Source: Alphaproteobacteria bacterium
Lineage (GTDB): Bacteria > Pseudomonadota > Alphaproteobacteria > UBA6615
Direction of reading: 5' to 3'
Assembly (NCBI GenBank): GCA_002722515.1
Contig: PBMH01000041.1
Span: forward strand, 94-64,093
Length of the DNA stretch: 64,000 nt
Both the position numbers and the translations under genes were made by a program. Below the pieces are notes generated by a model that saw nothing but the letters and a program-made list of their open reading frames with translations, was not told the DNA's origin and made no database searches. Every line of letters begins with the position of its first letter. The stretch's first letter is position 1. Shown in pieces: positions 38,816 to 49,051 of this stretch.

Positions 38816-40306
38816 ATGAAAATTTCGTTTGCCGAACCAAAAATACCCACGAGTGGAGTTGTTGTCTTTCTTATTGATGCAGACGTGCGGTTGGCGGGTA
38901 TCGCAAAGGCCGTAGACAGGGCAACGAAGGGGGCACTTTCTCGTGCACTCAATGCTGCGAGTTTCTCTGGAAAAAAAGGCGAAAGTCTGTCGGTTATAGC
39001 GCCGCAGGGGCGGGAGAAGTTGACCGTTTTTTTGGTCGGCGTGGGACAGGCAAATGAACTAAGTACGCTTCGTGCGCAGGAGATCGGCGCACAGGCCTAC
39101 AAGGTGGTCAGTGAGGCTGGTGCCTCAGCGGCGACGGTGATTGCGGAAATAATTGGCGCGAACTTGCGCGCCGGCGAGTTGGCGGCGAACCTGGCCCTGG
39201 GCGGGCGTTTGCGCTCCTACAAGTATGATAAGTACCTTACGAAGGCTGGTGGTCGAAGGGGTTCCGGCGGCCCGTCCCGCCTTCAAATCATGGTAAAGGG
39301 GACCACAGGCGCACGGCAGCGCTACGGTTCGCTTGGCGCGCTGGCTGACGGCGTGGACATGGCACGTGACCTAGTGTCGGAGCCGTCGAACATTAAGTCG
39401 CCAAAATGGATGGCGGCGCAGTGCCGTAAGCTGGCCAACCTTGGCGTGAAGGTGGAGGTCCTAGGCGAGGCGCAGATGCGAAAGCTCGGAATGAATGCTC
39501 TGTTGGCCGTAGGCCAAGGCAGTGCTCGGGAATCCCAGCTCGTGGTTATGCGCTGGAATGGTGGCGGGAAAGATGCGAAGACCGTGTCATTCATTGGCAA
39601 GGGTGTAACTTTCGACACAGGCGGCATCTCGATCAAGCCGGCCGGCGGTATGGAGGACATGATCTGGGACATGGGCGGCGCGGGCAGCGTGATCGGCGCT
39701 ATGCGCGCCATCGCCGGTCGCAAAGCTAAGGCGAATGTTATCGGCGTAGTAGGGCTCGTCGAAAACATGCCCGATGGTAACGCTCAGCGACCCGGTGACA
39801 TAGTCACCTCGATGTCCGGCCAGACGATTGAGGTCATCAACACCGATGCCGAGGGGCGTCTCGTTCTGGCTGATGCGCTTTGGTACACTCAGAAGCGCTT
39901 TAAGCCGGATGCGATGATCGACTTTGCGACCCTAACCGGAGCGATTATGGTGGCGCTTGGTCGAGAGTATGCAGGCCTGTATGCCAACGATGAGCGTCTG
40001 GCGAAGAATTTTGTCGCGTCGAGCGAAGAGGCAGGTGAGAAGGTCTGGCGCATGCCGCTCGACGGTGCCTATGACCGTCAGATTAACAGTCCACGCGCGG
40101 ATATGAAAAATGTTGGCCCGCGCTGGGGCGGCAGCATCACCGCTGCACAATTCCTACAGCGTTACACAAACGACATCCCTTGGGCGCATGTGGATATCGC
40201 TGGCGTTGCCTGGTCTGATAAAGAGCAGCCGCTGATGGCGTCTGGCGCGACGGGCTTCGCCGTTCGCACACTTGATCAGTTTGTTCGCAATCATTACGAG
40301 AAATAG
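38816..40306 (+). CDS. pepA: Leucyl aminopeptidase (M17)
   Basis: GKGVTFDTGG, WDMGGA, NTDAEGRL.L and ATLTGA motifs. Confidence 0.95.
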   Translation: MKISFAEPKIPTSGVVVFLIDADVRLAGIAKAVDRATKGALSRALNAASFSGKKGESLSVIAPQGREKLTVFLVGVGQANELSTLRAQEIGAQAYKVVSEAGASAATVIAEIIGANLRAGELAANLALGGRLRSYKYDKYLTKAGGRRGSGGPSRLQIMVKGTTGARQRYGSLGALADGVDMARDLVSEPSNIKSPKWMAAQCRKLANLGVKVEVLGEAQMRKLGMNALLAVGQGSARESQLVVMRWNGGGKDAKTVSFIGKGVTFDTGGISIKPAGGMEDMIWDMGGAGSVIGAMRAIAGRKAKANVIGVVGLVENMPDGNAQRPGDIVTSMSGQTIEVINTDAEGRLVLADALWYTQKRFKPDAMIDFATLTGAIMVALGREYAGLYANDERLAKNFVASSEEAGEKVWRMPLDGAYDRQINSPRADMKNVGPRWGGSITAAQFLQRYTNDIPWAHVDIAGVAWSDKEQPLMASGATGFAVRTLDQFVRNHYEK

Positions 40307-40318
40307 CCTGAGCGTATC

Positions 40319-40777
40319 GTGACCGAAATTCGCTTCTACCACCTGACACGCCGCACGCTCGGAGAGGTGTTGCCTGTTATGCTGGAGCGGACGGTCATTC
40401 GTGACGGGCGCCGCGCTTTGGTGATCGCGGGTTCTCCGGAGCAGGTAGAGGATTTGAACGCTCACCTTTGGACTTACAACGACCGCGTTTTTCTTCCCCA
40501 TGGCAGCAAGGCTGATGGGCACGCTCCACTGCAGCCTATTTGGCTTACCAGCAAGGATGAAAACCCGAACGATGCAAGGGTGTTGTTCCTAGCCGACGGT
40601 GCGCCTACTGCGGATCCCGGGGCTTTTGATCTGGTCTGTGAATTATTTGATGGCCGTGACGAGGCTGCAGTGATTAAAGCGCGAGAGCGCTGGCTGGCCT
40701 ACAAGGATGCAGGACACGACCTGACCTACTGGCAGCAGACAGAGCGTGGAGGCTGGGATCAGAAGTTGTCGGGTTAA
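40319..40777 (+). CDS. holC: DNA polymerase III subunit chi
   Basis: FYHL, LWT....FLPHG, QPIWLT, AR.RW..YK..G and YWQQ...GGW motifs. Confidence 0.93.
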   Translation: MTEIRFYHLTRRTLGEVLPVMLERTVIRDGRRALVIAGSPEQVEDLNAHLWTYNDRVFLPHGSKADGHAPLQPIWLTSKDENPNDARVLFLADGAPTADPGAFDLVCELFDGRDEAAVIKARERWLAYKDAGHDLTYWQQTERGGWDQKLSG

Positions 40778-40816
40778 CGGAAGCCCAATTTGGGTAACCG
40801 GGGTTCCGAAGAGCCT

Positions 40817-40846
40817 CTTGTCGGAGCTGTCCGTGCTGGATATAAG
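40817..40846 (+). promoter_or_regulatory. Putative sigma70 promoter for ndk
   Basis: cTTGTCG-N17-TATAAG, 35 nt upstream of the ndk ATG. Confidence 0.5.
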
Positions 40847-40881
40847 GCGCCAACATTTCCATTGCATACCGGAGAAGACCC

Positions 40882-41304
40882 ATGGCCATCGAGCGCACGT
40901 TCTCGATCATCAAACCCGACGCGACGAAACGGAATATCACCGGCAGGATCATTGCTAAGTTCGAGGAATCCGGACTGCGTGTGGTAGCCCAGCGCCGAAT
41001 TCAACTCTCGCGCGAGCAGGCGGAGTCCTTCTACGGCGTTCACCGCGAGCGCCCCTTCTTCAACGATCTGGTGGCCTTCATGACATCGGGACCGGTAGTG
41101 GTTCAAGTGCTGGAAGGTGAGAATGCCATCGCACGGAACCGCGAGATTATGGGTGCCACGAACCCGGCTGAGGCTGAGGACGGCACGATCCGCAAGGAGT
41201 TTGCAGAATCTATTGAGGCTAACTCGGTTCATGGTTCTGATGCGCTGGAGACCGCGGCCGAGGAGATAGCGTTTTTCTTTGATGAAAATGAAATCGTCGG
41301 CTGA
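40882..41304 (+). CDS. ndk: Nucleoside diphosphate kinase
   Basis: [21 protein letters not shown] and NSVHGSD motifs. Confidence 0.97.
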   Translation: MAIERTFSIIKPDATKRNITGRIIAKFEESGLRVVAQRRIQLSREQAESFYGVHRERPFFNDLVAFMTSGPVVVQVLEGENAIARNREIMGATNPAEAEDGTIRKEFAESIEANSVHGSDALETAAEEIAFFFDENEIVG

Positions 41305-41351
41305 CTAAAGTTCTTTCATCCGCACTTCGATTATGCGCCGTTGGCGGGTTG

Positions 41352-41489
41352 CTATACGAGCGTCCACCACATGATGAGCAAGGCGGCCGCAACGGCGATG
41401 CCCCCATAGGACATCAGCTTTAAGAAGCCCCCCCATGTTTTCCAGCGGCTTTCGAGATTCATGATTTCGTTGGACATGATCACTCGCAT
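41352..41489 (-). CDS. Small single-TM protein resembling aa3-type cytochrome c oxidase subunit IV
   Basis: MRVIMSNEIMNLESRWKTWGGFLKLMSYGGIAVAAALLIMWWTLV*. The pattern M.l..+.kTw.gF.k....g.iav...L..M matches subunit IV peptides. Below the ORF-track cutoff. Alternative start at 41477. Confidence 0.65.
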   Translation of the reverse strand: MRVIMSNEIMNLESRWKTWGGFLKLMSYGGIAVAAALLIMWWTLV

Positions 41490-41568
41490 CTTTCCAGTTA
41501 AGTCTTACTGTTTAGTTTTAAACACGAGCATCGGGAGCGTCAAAAAATTTGGTCCTTATAGTTTTCGG

Positions 41569-42222
41569 CTATTCTATTGCGGGATGGATTAGAGTAGCAG
41601 CGGTGGACCCTGGCGCCTGGTCCTCAGCTCGCTCGCCGACTATCTTCACGCGGCCCTCCGCCAGCAATCGAATGGCGTAAGGGTAGCAGCGATGCTCAGC
41701 CGCGAGGATCCGTGCGGCGAGGGTGTCTTCGTCGTCATCGGGCATCACGGGGACTGCCGCCTGGACCAGAACCGGGCCCGCATCCATCTCTGGGCGTACG
41801 ATATGCACTGTGCAACCGCTTAGACGAACGCCAGCCGCGATTGCTTGGGCATGCGCATCAATGCCTTTAAAGGCTGGCAACAACGAGGGATGGATGTTCA
41901 CGACCCGGTCACGCCATGTCTCGACAAACCAGGTCGAAAGTAGGCGCATGAACCCGGCGAGGCAGACGAGTTCTACGTTCGCTGCCTTCAGTACAGCGTC
42001 GATCGCGCGGTCGAAGCTTTCTCGGTCTGGAAATTTGTCATGTTCTATGACAACCGTGTCGATCCCCGTCGCCTCTGCATGGGCGAGCCCGCGGGCGTCC
42101 AGTTTGTTTGACAGGACAAGATTGATTTCAGCAGGGAAGTCTTCAGCGGCACAGGCGTCAATCAGAGCTCTCAGATTTGAGCCCCGCCCTGAGATCAGGA
42201 CGCCTATTTTCAGTCGGTCCAT
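41569..42222 (-). CDS. purN: Phosphoribosylglycinamide formyltransferase
   Basis: [30 protein letters not shown] and D.GP motifs. Confidence 0.95.
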   Translation of the reverse strand: MDRLKIGVLISGRGSNLRALIDACAAEDFPAEINLVLSNKLDARGLAHAEATGIDTVVIEHDKFPDRESFDRAIDAVLKAANVELVCLAGFMRLLSTWFVETWRDRVVNIHPSLLPAFKGIDAHAQAIAAGVRLSGCTVHIVRPEMDAGPVLVQAAVPVMPDDDEDTLAARILAAEHRCYPYAIRLLAEGRVKIVGERAEDQAPGSTAATLIHPAIE

Positions 42223-43286
42223 GACACCTCGCCAAGGGCCGTGTCTAGGTTTGCGAGCTCGATTTCGCTATCAAGTGATTCCGTGATAGTTCCGATGACC
42301 CTCGCATTTTCGCCTGCCCTTGCAAATACTCCTATGAGTGACTCGGCGTCTTCCGCCGCTGTGACGGCAATCATACCGATGCCACAGTTAAATGTACGAG
42401 CCATCTCCGGCTCGTCGATGCCTCCCGCTTGGCGCATCCAGCCGAACACTGGTGGGGCTGTCCAGCATGTACCATCCAGCGACGCGCCGAGGCCATTGGG
42501 CAGTACACGCGGGATGTTCTCTAGAAGTCCGCCGCCAGTAATGTGCGCGAAGCCCTTGAGTGCTGGGTGCTTCGCGGCTTCTAGGCAAGCCCTCACGTAG
42601 ATCTTCGTAGGGGTGAGTAGAGACGCACCGAGCGTTAAGCTTGCATCAAATGGCGCGGCGGCGGCGAGGTCGCTGCCGGTGTACTCGACGATCTTCCGTA
42701 CCAGGGAGTAGCCGTTTGAGTGCACGCCGCTGGACGCGAGTCCGATTACTGTATCACCCGAGGCAATCTGTCGGTCTGGGTTCGGCAGCCCTTTGCCGCG
42801 CTCGATAGCACCAACGGAAAAGCCCGCGAGATCGAACTCGCCACTTGCATAGAGCCCGGGCATCTCAGCCGTTTCGCCGCCGATTAAGGCGGAACCGGCC
42901 TGTTTGCAACCCTCTGCGATGCCCTTTACTACCGCGGCGGCAACCTCCTGATCGAGATCGGCGGTCGCGAAGTAGTCGAGAAAGAAGAGCGGTTCTGCGC
43001 CTTGTACAACTAGGTCATTAACGCACATGGCGACGAGGTCGATGCCGAGCGTATCGAACTGCCTGGCCTCGAAGGCAAGCTTTAGCTTGGTTCCTACGCC
43101 GTCGGTCGCGGCGACGAGGACGGGGTCCTTGAAACCGGCTGCCTTGAGGTCGAAAAGAGCCCCGAAGCCGCCTAGCCCGTCTATCGAGCCGGCACGTTGT
43201 GTTGCCGCGGCAAGGGGCTTGATGGTTTCGACTAGGGCGTTGCCAGCGGCTATATCGACCCCGGCGTCTTTATAGGAAAGGCCCAG
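42210..43286 (-). CDS. purM: AIR synthase PurM, apparently starting at CTG
   Basis: The frame extends upstream of the track's Met through (L)[18 protein letters not shown] and TDGVGTK. The only start candidate is CTG at 43286, 7 nt after GAGGGAG. Confidence 0.92.
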   Translation of the reverse strand: MGLSYKDAGVDIAAGNALVETIKPLAAATQRAGSIDGLGGFGALFDLKAAGFKDPVLVAATDGVGTKLKLAFEARQFDTLGIDLVAMCVNDLVVQGAEPLFFLDYFATADLDQEVAAAVVKGIAEGCKQAGSALIGGETAEMPGLYASGEFDLAGFSVGAIERGKGLPNPDRQIASGDTVIGLASSGVHSNGYSLVRKIVEYTGSDLAAAAPFDASLTLGASLLTPTKIYVRACLEAAKHPALKGFAHITGGGLLENIPRVLPNGLGASLDGTCWTAPPVFGWMRQAGGIDEPEMARTFNCGIGMIAVTAAEDAESLIGVFARAGENARVIGTITESLDSEIELANLDTALGEVSWTD

Positions 43287-43417
43287 TTTTCGTCTCCCTC
43301 GCGCGCGCTGCGCATTATTCGTACTATGGCATTGTCACATTCGCGGCGTGGTGTTTTGGTAGACTACGAGCTACGCCCCGAAAGAACGTCAGAATAGGTG
43401 TTTGAAAGTCATTTGCA

Positions 43418-44563
43418 ATGTGTTGTCCGCTGCAAAAATCAGTTCTTAAATTTGCGCTCCTGGTGTTTACTCTCTTGGCTGCTATGGGTGTAGGGCTCTC
43501 TGCGACCGAGGCACAGAAATCTGCGCTTGAGGACATTTTTGTTGTCCGGTCCGTGGCTTTGGACGAACGCGCCGAAACGGCGGCTTTAGCTCGGACCCTT
43601 GCGCTCTCGAAAGGTCAACGCGAAGCATTCAGGCGTCTCGAGGAACGGCTGACGCGAAGCGTACATCGGGGGCTTGCAAACAGGGTAGACCCTGACACGC
43701 TGCGCTTTCTGGTTGATGCTATTCAGATCGACGATGAGAAGACCTCGAATGTGCGCTATCTTGCAAACCTGACGGTTACTTTTAAGCCGGACGCTGTGCG
43801 CAATTTGTTCCGCTTTTCAGGCGTGCCCTTCGCGGAGCTGCGGAGCCGCCCGTTGACCATTATACCGGTTCTTGCGCGCGTTGATCGATATGTTCTGTGG
43901 AGTGACCCTAACCCGTGGCGCGATGCTTGGCGAAACCATCCCGAAGGAAACGGTCTTGTGCCCATTTTGGCACCGATCGGCGACCTAGCCGACTTGGCGC
44001 GGCTTTCAGTCGATCAGGCTATTAGTGGTGATTCGGAAACCCTTTCGAACTTTGCCGCTCGATACGACGCACGTGGCGTTCTGGTTGCCATCGCCAACGT
44101 TTTCGAAAGTGAGCCGGATATCCTGCGCACGGACATCGTCGCCGTGCCGGTCGGGTTGTCCGAGATGGGTTCGTTCGCCATCAGTGTAACTGGACAGGAG
44201 GGTGAAGAGGAACCCGCTATCTTTGCGCGCGCGGTCGGAGAGTTGCGCGATGTAGTTGAGGATGATTGGAAGGCTGCCAACGCTATTGCGTCTTCCGACG
44301 TCAGCCGGTTTCGGGCAGCCGTGCCAATCACGGGGCTTGAGAATTGGGTCGATATTCGGGGACGAATCTCGCGCGTGCCCGCAGTCACCGACGTGCAGGT
44401 CGTGGCGCTTACGGCCACGACTGCGGAGGTCGAGATTGAACATCGCGGCGGCCTTATCCGGTTGACGCGGTCGTTCGAGCGGTTTGACCTCATTCTTGAG
44501 GATGCCGAGTCTAACCAAGTATTTGTGGCACCCACACATGTTGTGCGTCTTGCCGGGTCCTAG
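43418..44563 (+). CDS. DUF2066 domain exported protein
   Basis: Signal-like N-terminus, then F.V..V..D..A..A..AR, LW...NPW..AW and P.GDL.D motifs. Divergent from purM. Confidence 0.75.
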   Translation: MCCPLQKSVLKFALLVFTLLAAMGVGLSATEAQKSALEDIFVVRSVALDERAETAALARTLALSKGQREAFRRLEERLTRSVHRGLANRVDPDTLRFLVDAIQIDDEKTSNVRYLANLTVTFKPDAVRNLFRFSGVPFAELRSRPLTIIPVLARVDRYVLWSDPNPWRDAWRNHPEGNGLVPILAPIGDLADLARLSVDQAISGDSETLSNFAARYDARGVLVAIANVFESEPDILRTDIVAVPVGLSEMGSFAISVTGQEGEEEPAIFARAVGELRDVVEDDWKAANAIASSDVSRFRAAVPITGLENWVDIRGRISRVPAVTDVQVVALTATTAEVEIEHRGGLIRLTRSFERFDLILEDAESNQVFVAPTHVVRLAGS

Positions 44564-44566
44564 GCA

Positions 44567-45253
44567 GTGCGACCGTTGAGCCGCCAGCTAGTCCTAGATC
44601 TTGGGCATCGAACCGCGCGGGGTCGCGCTGACTTTCTGGTGTCGCATAGCAACTCGGAAGCCGTAGAGTGGATCGATCGGTGGCCTAAATGGCCGGCGAG
44701 CGCGTTTGCCATATGGGGCCCCGCGGCGTCCGGAAAGACTCATCTCGCGCATGTTTGGTGTGAACTTAGCGGAGGTGTCCTCATCAAGCCCGAGGATGTT
44801 CTAAGGGTCGACGCGCCGAAGCTGCGTGCCCGCAAAGAGTTCTTGTGTGTTGATGATGTGGACCGCCTCACGGGCGACCGGGACGGTGAGGAAGCCCTCC
44901 TGCATCTTTATAATTACGTTCTCGAAACGAATGGTGCGCTGCTATTTGTTGCGACCGAGGCGCCAGCGCGTTGGCCGATGCAGCTGGCTGATCTGGCCTC
45001 CCGCATGAAGGCTTTGACGGGGGTGGGAATCTCTGCGCCGGATGACGATCTTCTCGTGGCGTTGATGATGAAACAATTTCACGATCGCCAGCTCCGGGTT
45101 GGTGAGGATGTCGTATTTTATCTACTTGCGCGTATGGAGAGATCTTTTGCCGCGGTGGCTGATATTGTGGCGGCGATCGATGCTGCAGCCTTGGAGTGTC
45201 ATCGTGAAATTACGGTACCGCTTGCCCGCGAGATTCTCGACGGTATAGCCTGA
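44567..45253 (+). CDS. hdaA: DnaA regulatory inactivator HdaA
   Basis: Clamp-binding-like QLVL, then SN..A...I..WP.W, GP..SGKTHL, DL.SR and RMERSF motifs. Confidence 0.9.
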   Translation: MRPLSRQLVLDLGHRTARGRADFLVSHSNSEAVEWIDRWPKWPASAFAIWGPAASGKTHLAHVWCELSGGVLIKPEDVLRVDAPKLRARKEFLCVDDVDRLTGDRDGEEALLHLYNYVLETNGALLFVATEAPARWPMQLADLASRMKALTGVGISAPDDDLLVALMMKQFHDRQLRVGEDVVFYLLARMERSFAAVADIVAAIDAAALECHREITVPLAREILDGIA

Positions 45254-45352
45254 AACAGCATACTAAGTGCCATGGCACAATTTGCGGGCACGGTAGGATT
45301 TCGCTAGATTCTTGCTTCAACTGGCGATTATGCGCCTGTAATAATTCAAAAA

Positions 45353-47524
45353 ATGGTTTCCGTGGTCGTACAAGAAACTCAAATATTGCCTGAGCCCGTC
45401 CCCGGCATCAGTCTCGGGTCGCCCGATCGATTCATAAACCGTGAACTCTCCTGGCTCGCGTTCAACGAACGGGTTCTTGAAGAGGCGGAAAATCAAAACC
45501 ATCCGTTGCTTGAACGCTTGCGTTTTCTGTCGATCTCCGCGTCAAATCTGGACGAGTTCTATATGGTGCGTGTGGCGGGTCTTAAAGGACAAGTTGACGC
45601 CGGGATCACCAGCGTCAGTCAAGAAGGGCTGACCCCAGGCGAACAGCTGGCCGCAATAAATGTCCGCGCGGGTGCTCTAATGGCGGCGCAGCAAAAGTCA
45701 TGGCTCGGGCTGATCGAAGATCTGCGTGCGGGTGATATTCACGTGGTGGAGCCGGATGAGCTCATACCGGAGGAGGCAGACTGGCTCGAAGAGCGGTTCA
45801 TGACGACTATCTTCCCGGTGTTGACGCCGCTGGCTGTTGATCCAGCACACCCGTTTCCGTTCATCCCTAATTTCGGCCTTGCGAAGGCCCTAGAGCTTTA
45901 CCGGGCAAGCGACAACCGGTTGATGATTGGCCTCCTGCCGTTGCCGGGACAAATCGAACGCTTCATCCGCCTGCCCGGCACCAACCCGCGTTTTATCCTT
46001 CTGGAGAAATGCGTGACGATGTATCTGGATCGTATTTTTCCGGGCTTCGAACCGCGCGGCATGGGGGTCTTCCGTGTTATTCGTGACAGCGATATCGATA
46101 TCCTTGAGGAAGCAGAGGATCTCGTTCGCCTCTTCGAATCCGCACTCAAGCGCCGCCGCCGTGGTTCGGTCATCCGACTTACTGTAGATTCCCAAATGCC
46201 CGAGGAATTACGCCGTTTCGTTACCGAAGAAATTGGGGTCGACGCAGACGATGTTTTCGTCCTCGATGGCATGCCCGGTCTCGACCGGACGAATGAACTT
46301 ATTGTCGATGAACGGCGTGATCTCCTGTTCGAATCTTTTAATGCACGATTTCCTGAGCGCATTCGAGACTTTGCGGGCGATTGCTTTGCGGCGATCCGGG
46401 CTAAGGACATCGTGGTGCACCATCCGTTCGAGTCCTTTGATGTGGTGGTCCAGTTCTTACGTCAGGCCGCGCGCGACCCGCAGGTGGTAGCCATCAAGCA
46501 GACCCTTTATCGTACGTCTGAGAATTCGCCGATCGTTAGCGCTCTGATCGAGGCGGCGGAGGCCGGCAAGTCTGTAACGGCATTGGTTGAGCTCAAGGCT
46601 CGGTTCGACGAAGAAGCGAATATTCGGTGGGCCCGTGAGCTTGAACGCGCTGGTGTACAAATCGTCTATGGATTTATCGATCTTAAAACCCACGCCAAGA
46701 TTAGTCTCGTGCATCGCCGCGAGGGTGGCGATCTACGGACCTATGCCCATTTCGGGACCGGCAACTATCACCCGATTACGGCACGGGTCTATACGGACAT
46801 CAGCTACCTGACTCAGGATCCGAAGCTATGTCAGGATGCCTCGCGCGTGTTCAACTATATGACGGGCTACGCTCGACCGGAGGGCTTGGAGAAGGTCGCG
46901 GTTGCGCCGGTTACTCTGCGCGAGACACTCATGGGGTGCATCACGGAAGAAATCGAATATGCTCGCGCCGGCCGTCCGGCGGAGATCTGGGCTAAGTTTA
47001 ATAGCTTAGTTGATGGCGATGTTATTGACGCGCTGTACAGGGCATCGCAGGCTGGGGTTAAAATCCAATTGGTAATTCGTGGAATTTGTTGCCTGCGGCC
47101 GGGTGTTCAAGGGTTAAGCGAGAATATTGAGGTAAAGAGTATAGTTGGGCGGTTCCTTGAGCATTCACGTATCATGGCTTTCGGGGCGGGCGCGGAGCTG
47201 CCGTCGCCGCAAGCTAGGCTGTTCATCTCGTCGGCCGACTGGATGCCGCGCAACCTCGATCGGAGGGTAGAGATTTTGGTACCCATAGAGAGTGGCACGG
47301 TCCACCAGCAGATTCTAGATCAGATCATGGTTGCGAATCTCCTTGATCGGGCCCAAAGCTGGGTCATGGGGCCAGATGGCTCCTACTGTCGGATTGAAAC
47401 GAGTGGCGAGCAGGACCCATTCAACGCACACAACTTCTTCATGACCAATCCGAGTCTGTCTGGGCGCGGCAGCGCGCTAAAGAAGCCTGGCAGCGCGCCG
47501 CAGCTACTGACCCATACGGACTAG
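45353..47524 (+). CDS. ppk1: Polyphosphate kinase 1
   Basis: [50 protein letters not shown] and SADWM.RN motifs. Confidence 0.97.
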   Translation: MVSVVVQETQILPEPVPGISLGSPDRFINRELSWLAFNERVLEEAENQNHPLLERLRFLSISASNLDEFYMVRVAGLKGQVDAGITSVSQEGLTPGEQLAAINVRAGALMAAQQKSWLGLIEDLRAGDIHVVEPDELIPEEADWLEERFMTTIFPVLTPLAVDPAHPFPFIPNFGLAKALELYRASDNRLMIGLLPLPGQIERFIRLPGTNPRFILLEKCVTMYLDRIFPGFEPRGMGVFRVIRDSDIDILEEAEDLVRLFESALKRRRRGSVIRLTVDSQMPEELRRFVTEEIGVDADDVFVLDGMPGLDRTNELIVDERRDLLFESFNARFPERIRDFAGDCFAAIRAKDIVVHHPFESFDVVVQFLRQAARDPQVVAIKQTLYRTSENSPIVSALIEAAEAGKSVTALVELKARFDEEANIRWARELERAGVQIVYGFIDLKTHAKISLVHRREGGDLRTYAHFGTGNYHPITARVYTDISYLTQDPKLCQDASRVFNYMTGYARPEGLEKVAVAPVTLRETLMGCITEEIEYARAGRPAEIWAKFNSLVDGDVIDALYRASQAGVKIQLVIRGICCLRPGVQGLSENIEVKSIVGRFLEHSRIMAFGAGAELPSPQARLFISSADWMPRNLDRRVEILVPIESGTVHQQILDQIMVANLLDRAQSWVMGPDGSYCRIETSGEQDPFNAHNFFMTNPSLSGRGSALKKPGSAPQLLTHTD

Positions 47525-47545
47525 TTCACTCTGTCTTTGGCATAG

Positions 47546-49039
47546 TTGATGCCTAGGCGAGCGTCCCCCATTAGCGGCCGGGCAGCGGTCGTGGATATAG
47601 GGTCAAACTCGATTCGACTGGTAGTGTACCGTGATCGATCCCGAGCTGCTCCCGTCGTGTTCAACGAGCGCGTGACCTGCGGCATTGGCCGGGACGTCGC
47701 GGCAACCGGAAAACTTCATCCCGAGGGTGTTGCGACGGCGTTGGCGAATCTGCCGCGTTTCGCCGCCATTGTGAGGGCTATGGACATTGACGATACGGTG
47801 CTGGTTGCGACCGCGGCATCGCGCGAGGCGACCGACGGAGCTGATTTTCTTGTTCAGGTTGAGGCAATATTCGGGCTCAGGGTTACGCAGCTGGATGGTG
47901 AACAGGAAGCAAGGCTCGCTGCTGTCGGCGTGATAAGCGGCTTACCCTCAGCGCGTGGCATCGCCGCGGACCTCGGCGGTGGTAGCCTGGAATTGGCATG
48001 CATTGCGGATGGCAAAGTGGGCGATCACGGAAGTCTACCACTGGGACCGCTGCGCCTGGCGGCAGTAGACCATCAGGGTATACCCCTTGCGGGCTATATT
48101 GATGCCCAGCTAGGCCAGTTTGACTGGATTGGTGACGCTGTTGCGGACGGCGCAGTCCATGCGGTCGGTGGCGCCTGGCGTGCACTTGCCCGTCTGCACA
48201 TGGTGCAGACCAAGTACCCGTTGAGGGTAATCCATAATTATCAGATGTCGGGTCGGGAGGCAGCAGAGTTTTGTCACGTCGTTAGTGGGTTGAGTGCTTC
48301 GAGTTTGTCGCGAATCAGTGTGGTACCGAAGGCACGCGCTCCTATATTATCGACGGCTGCACTGGTTATGGAACATTTGATCATGGCGTCCGGGGCAGAG
48401 ACTGTCTCATTTTCCGCCAATGGCATCCGCGAGGGTTCGCAATATGAAGCGCTGGACGCCGACACGCAGGCTGCGGACCCACTGATTGTCGCCTGTGAGC
48501 AACTTGCGGCGCGGGAGAGCCGGTCTCTTGGCTCGGGCACCGCGCTGTTTAACTGGGTCGGTAGGCTATTCGAGGATGAGGATACGGGTCTGTGTCGGCT
48601 GCGCCGGGCGGCCTGCCTTTTGGCCGACATCGGCTGGCATGAGCACCCAGACTATAGGGCGGAGCAGGTTTATTTCCGTATACTACGCCTTCCGCTGATG
48701 GCGTTGAGTCATGTTGAAAAGACAATGATCGCGCTCGCAGTGTTTCGCCGGTACAGCGGTGCGAGGCGCGGCGCGACCCTGCGGGTTGCGAACGCGCTGC
48801 TGGGGCAGGAGGAGACAGACTGGTCGCGCCGGTTGGGGGCGGCGTTACGCTTGGCCGAAACCCTGACGGGTGGCAACTCTGTGTTGCTCCAAGGGACTCA
48901 GCTAAGGCTCGACGCGGAGCGTCTCACACTCAGCTTGGCAGCCGGGCAGGCCGACCTTTGTGGTGATCTCGTGCGTACCCGGTTTGGGGCACTGGCCAAG
49001 CTGTTCGATGTCACCGGGGTCATCGAGAGCAACGACTAA
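47546..49039 (+). CDS. ppx: Ppx/GppA exopolyphosphatase
   Basis: DIGSNSIRL, E.EA, DLGGGSLE, G.REG and LADIGW..HPDYR motifs. Confidence 0.92.
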   Translation: MMPRRASPISGRAAVVDIGSNSIRLVVYRDRSRAAPVVFNERVTCGIGRDVAATGKLHPEGVATALANLPRFAAIVRAMDIDDTVLVATAASREATDGADFLVQVEAIFGLRVTQLDGEQEARLAAVGVISGLPSARGIAADLGGGSLELACIADGKVGDHGSLPLGPLRLAAVDHQGIPLAGYIDAQLGQFDWIGDAVADGAVHAVGGAWRALARLHMVQTKYPLRVIHNYQMSGREAAEFCHVVSGLSASSLSRISVVPKARAPILSTAALVMEHLIMASGAETVSFSANGIREGSQYEALDADTQAADPLIVACEQLAARESRSLGSGTALFNWVGRLFEDEDTGLCRLRRAACLLADIGWHEHPDYRAEQVYFRILRLPLMALSHVEKTMIALAVFRRYSGARRGATLRVANALLGQEETDWSRRLGAALRLAETLTGGNSVLLQGTQLRLDAERLTLSLAAGQADLCGDLVRTRFGALAKLFDVTGVIESND

Positions 49040-49051
49040 GCGTGATCCGTG

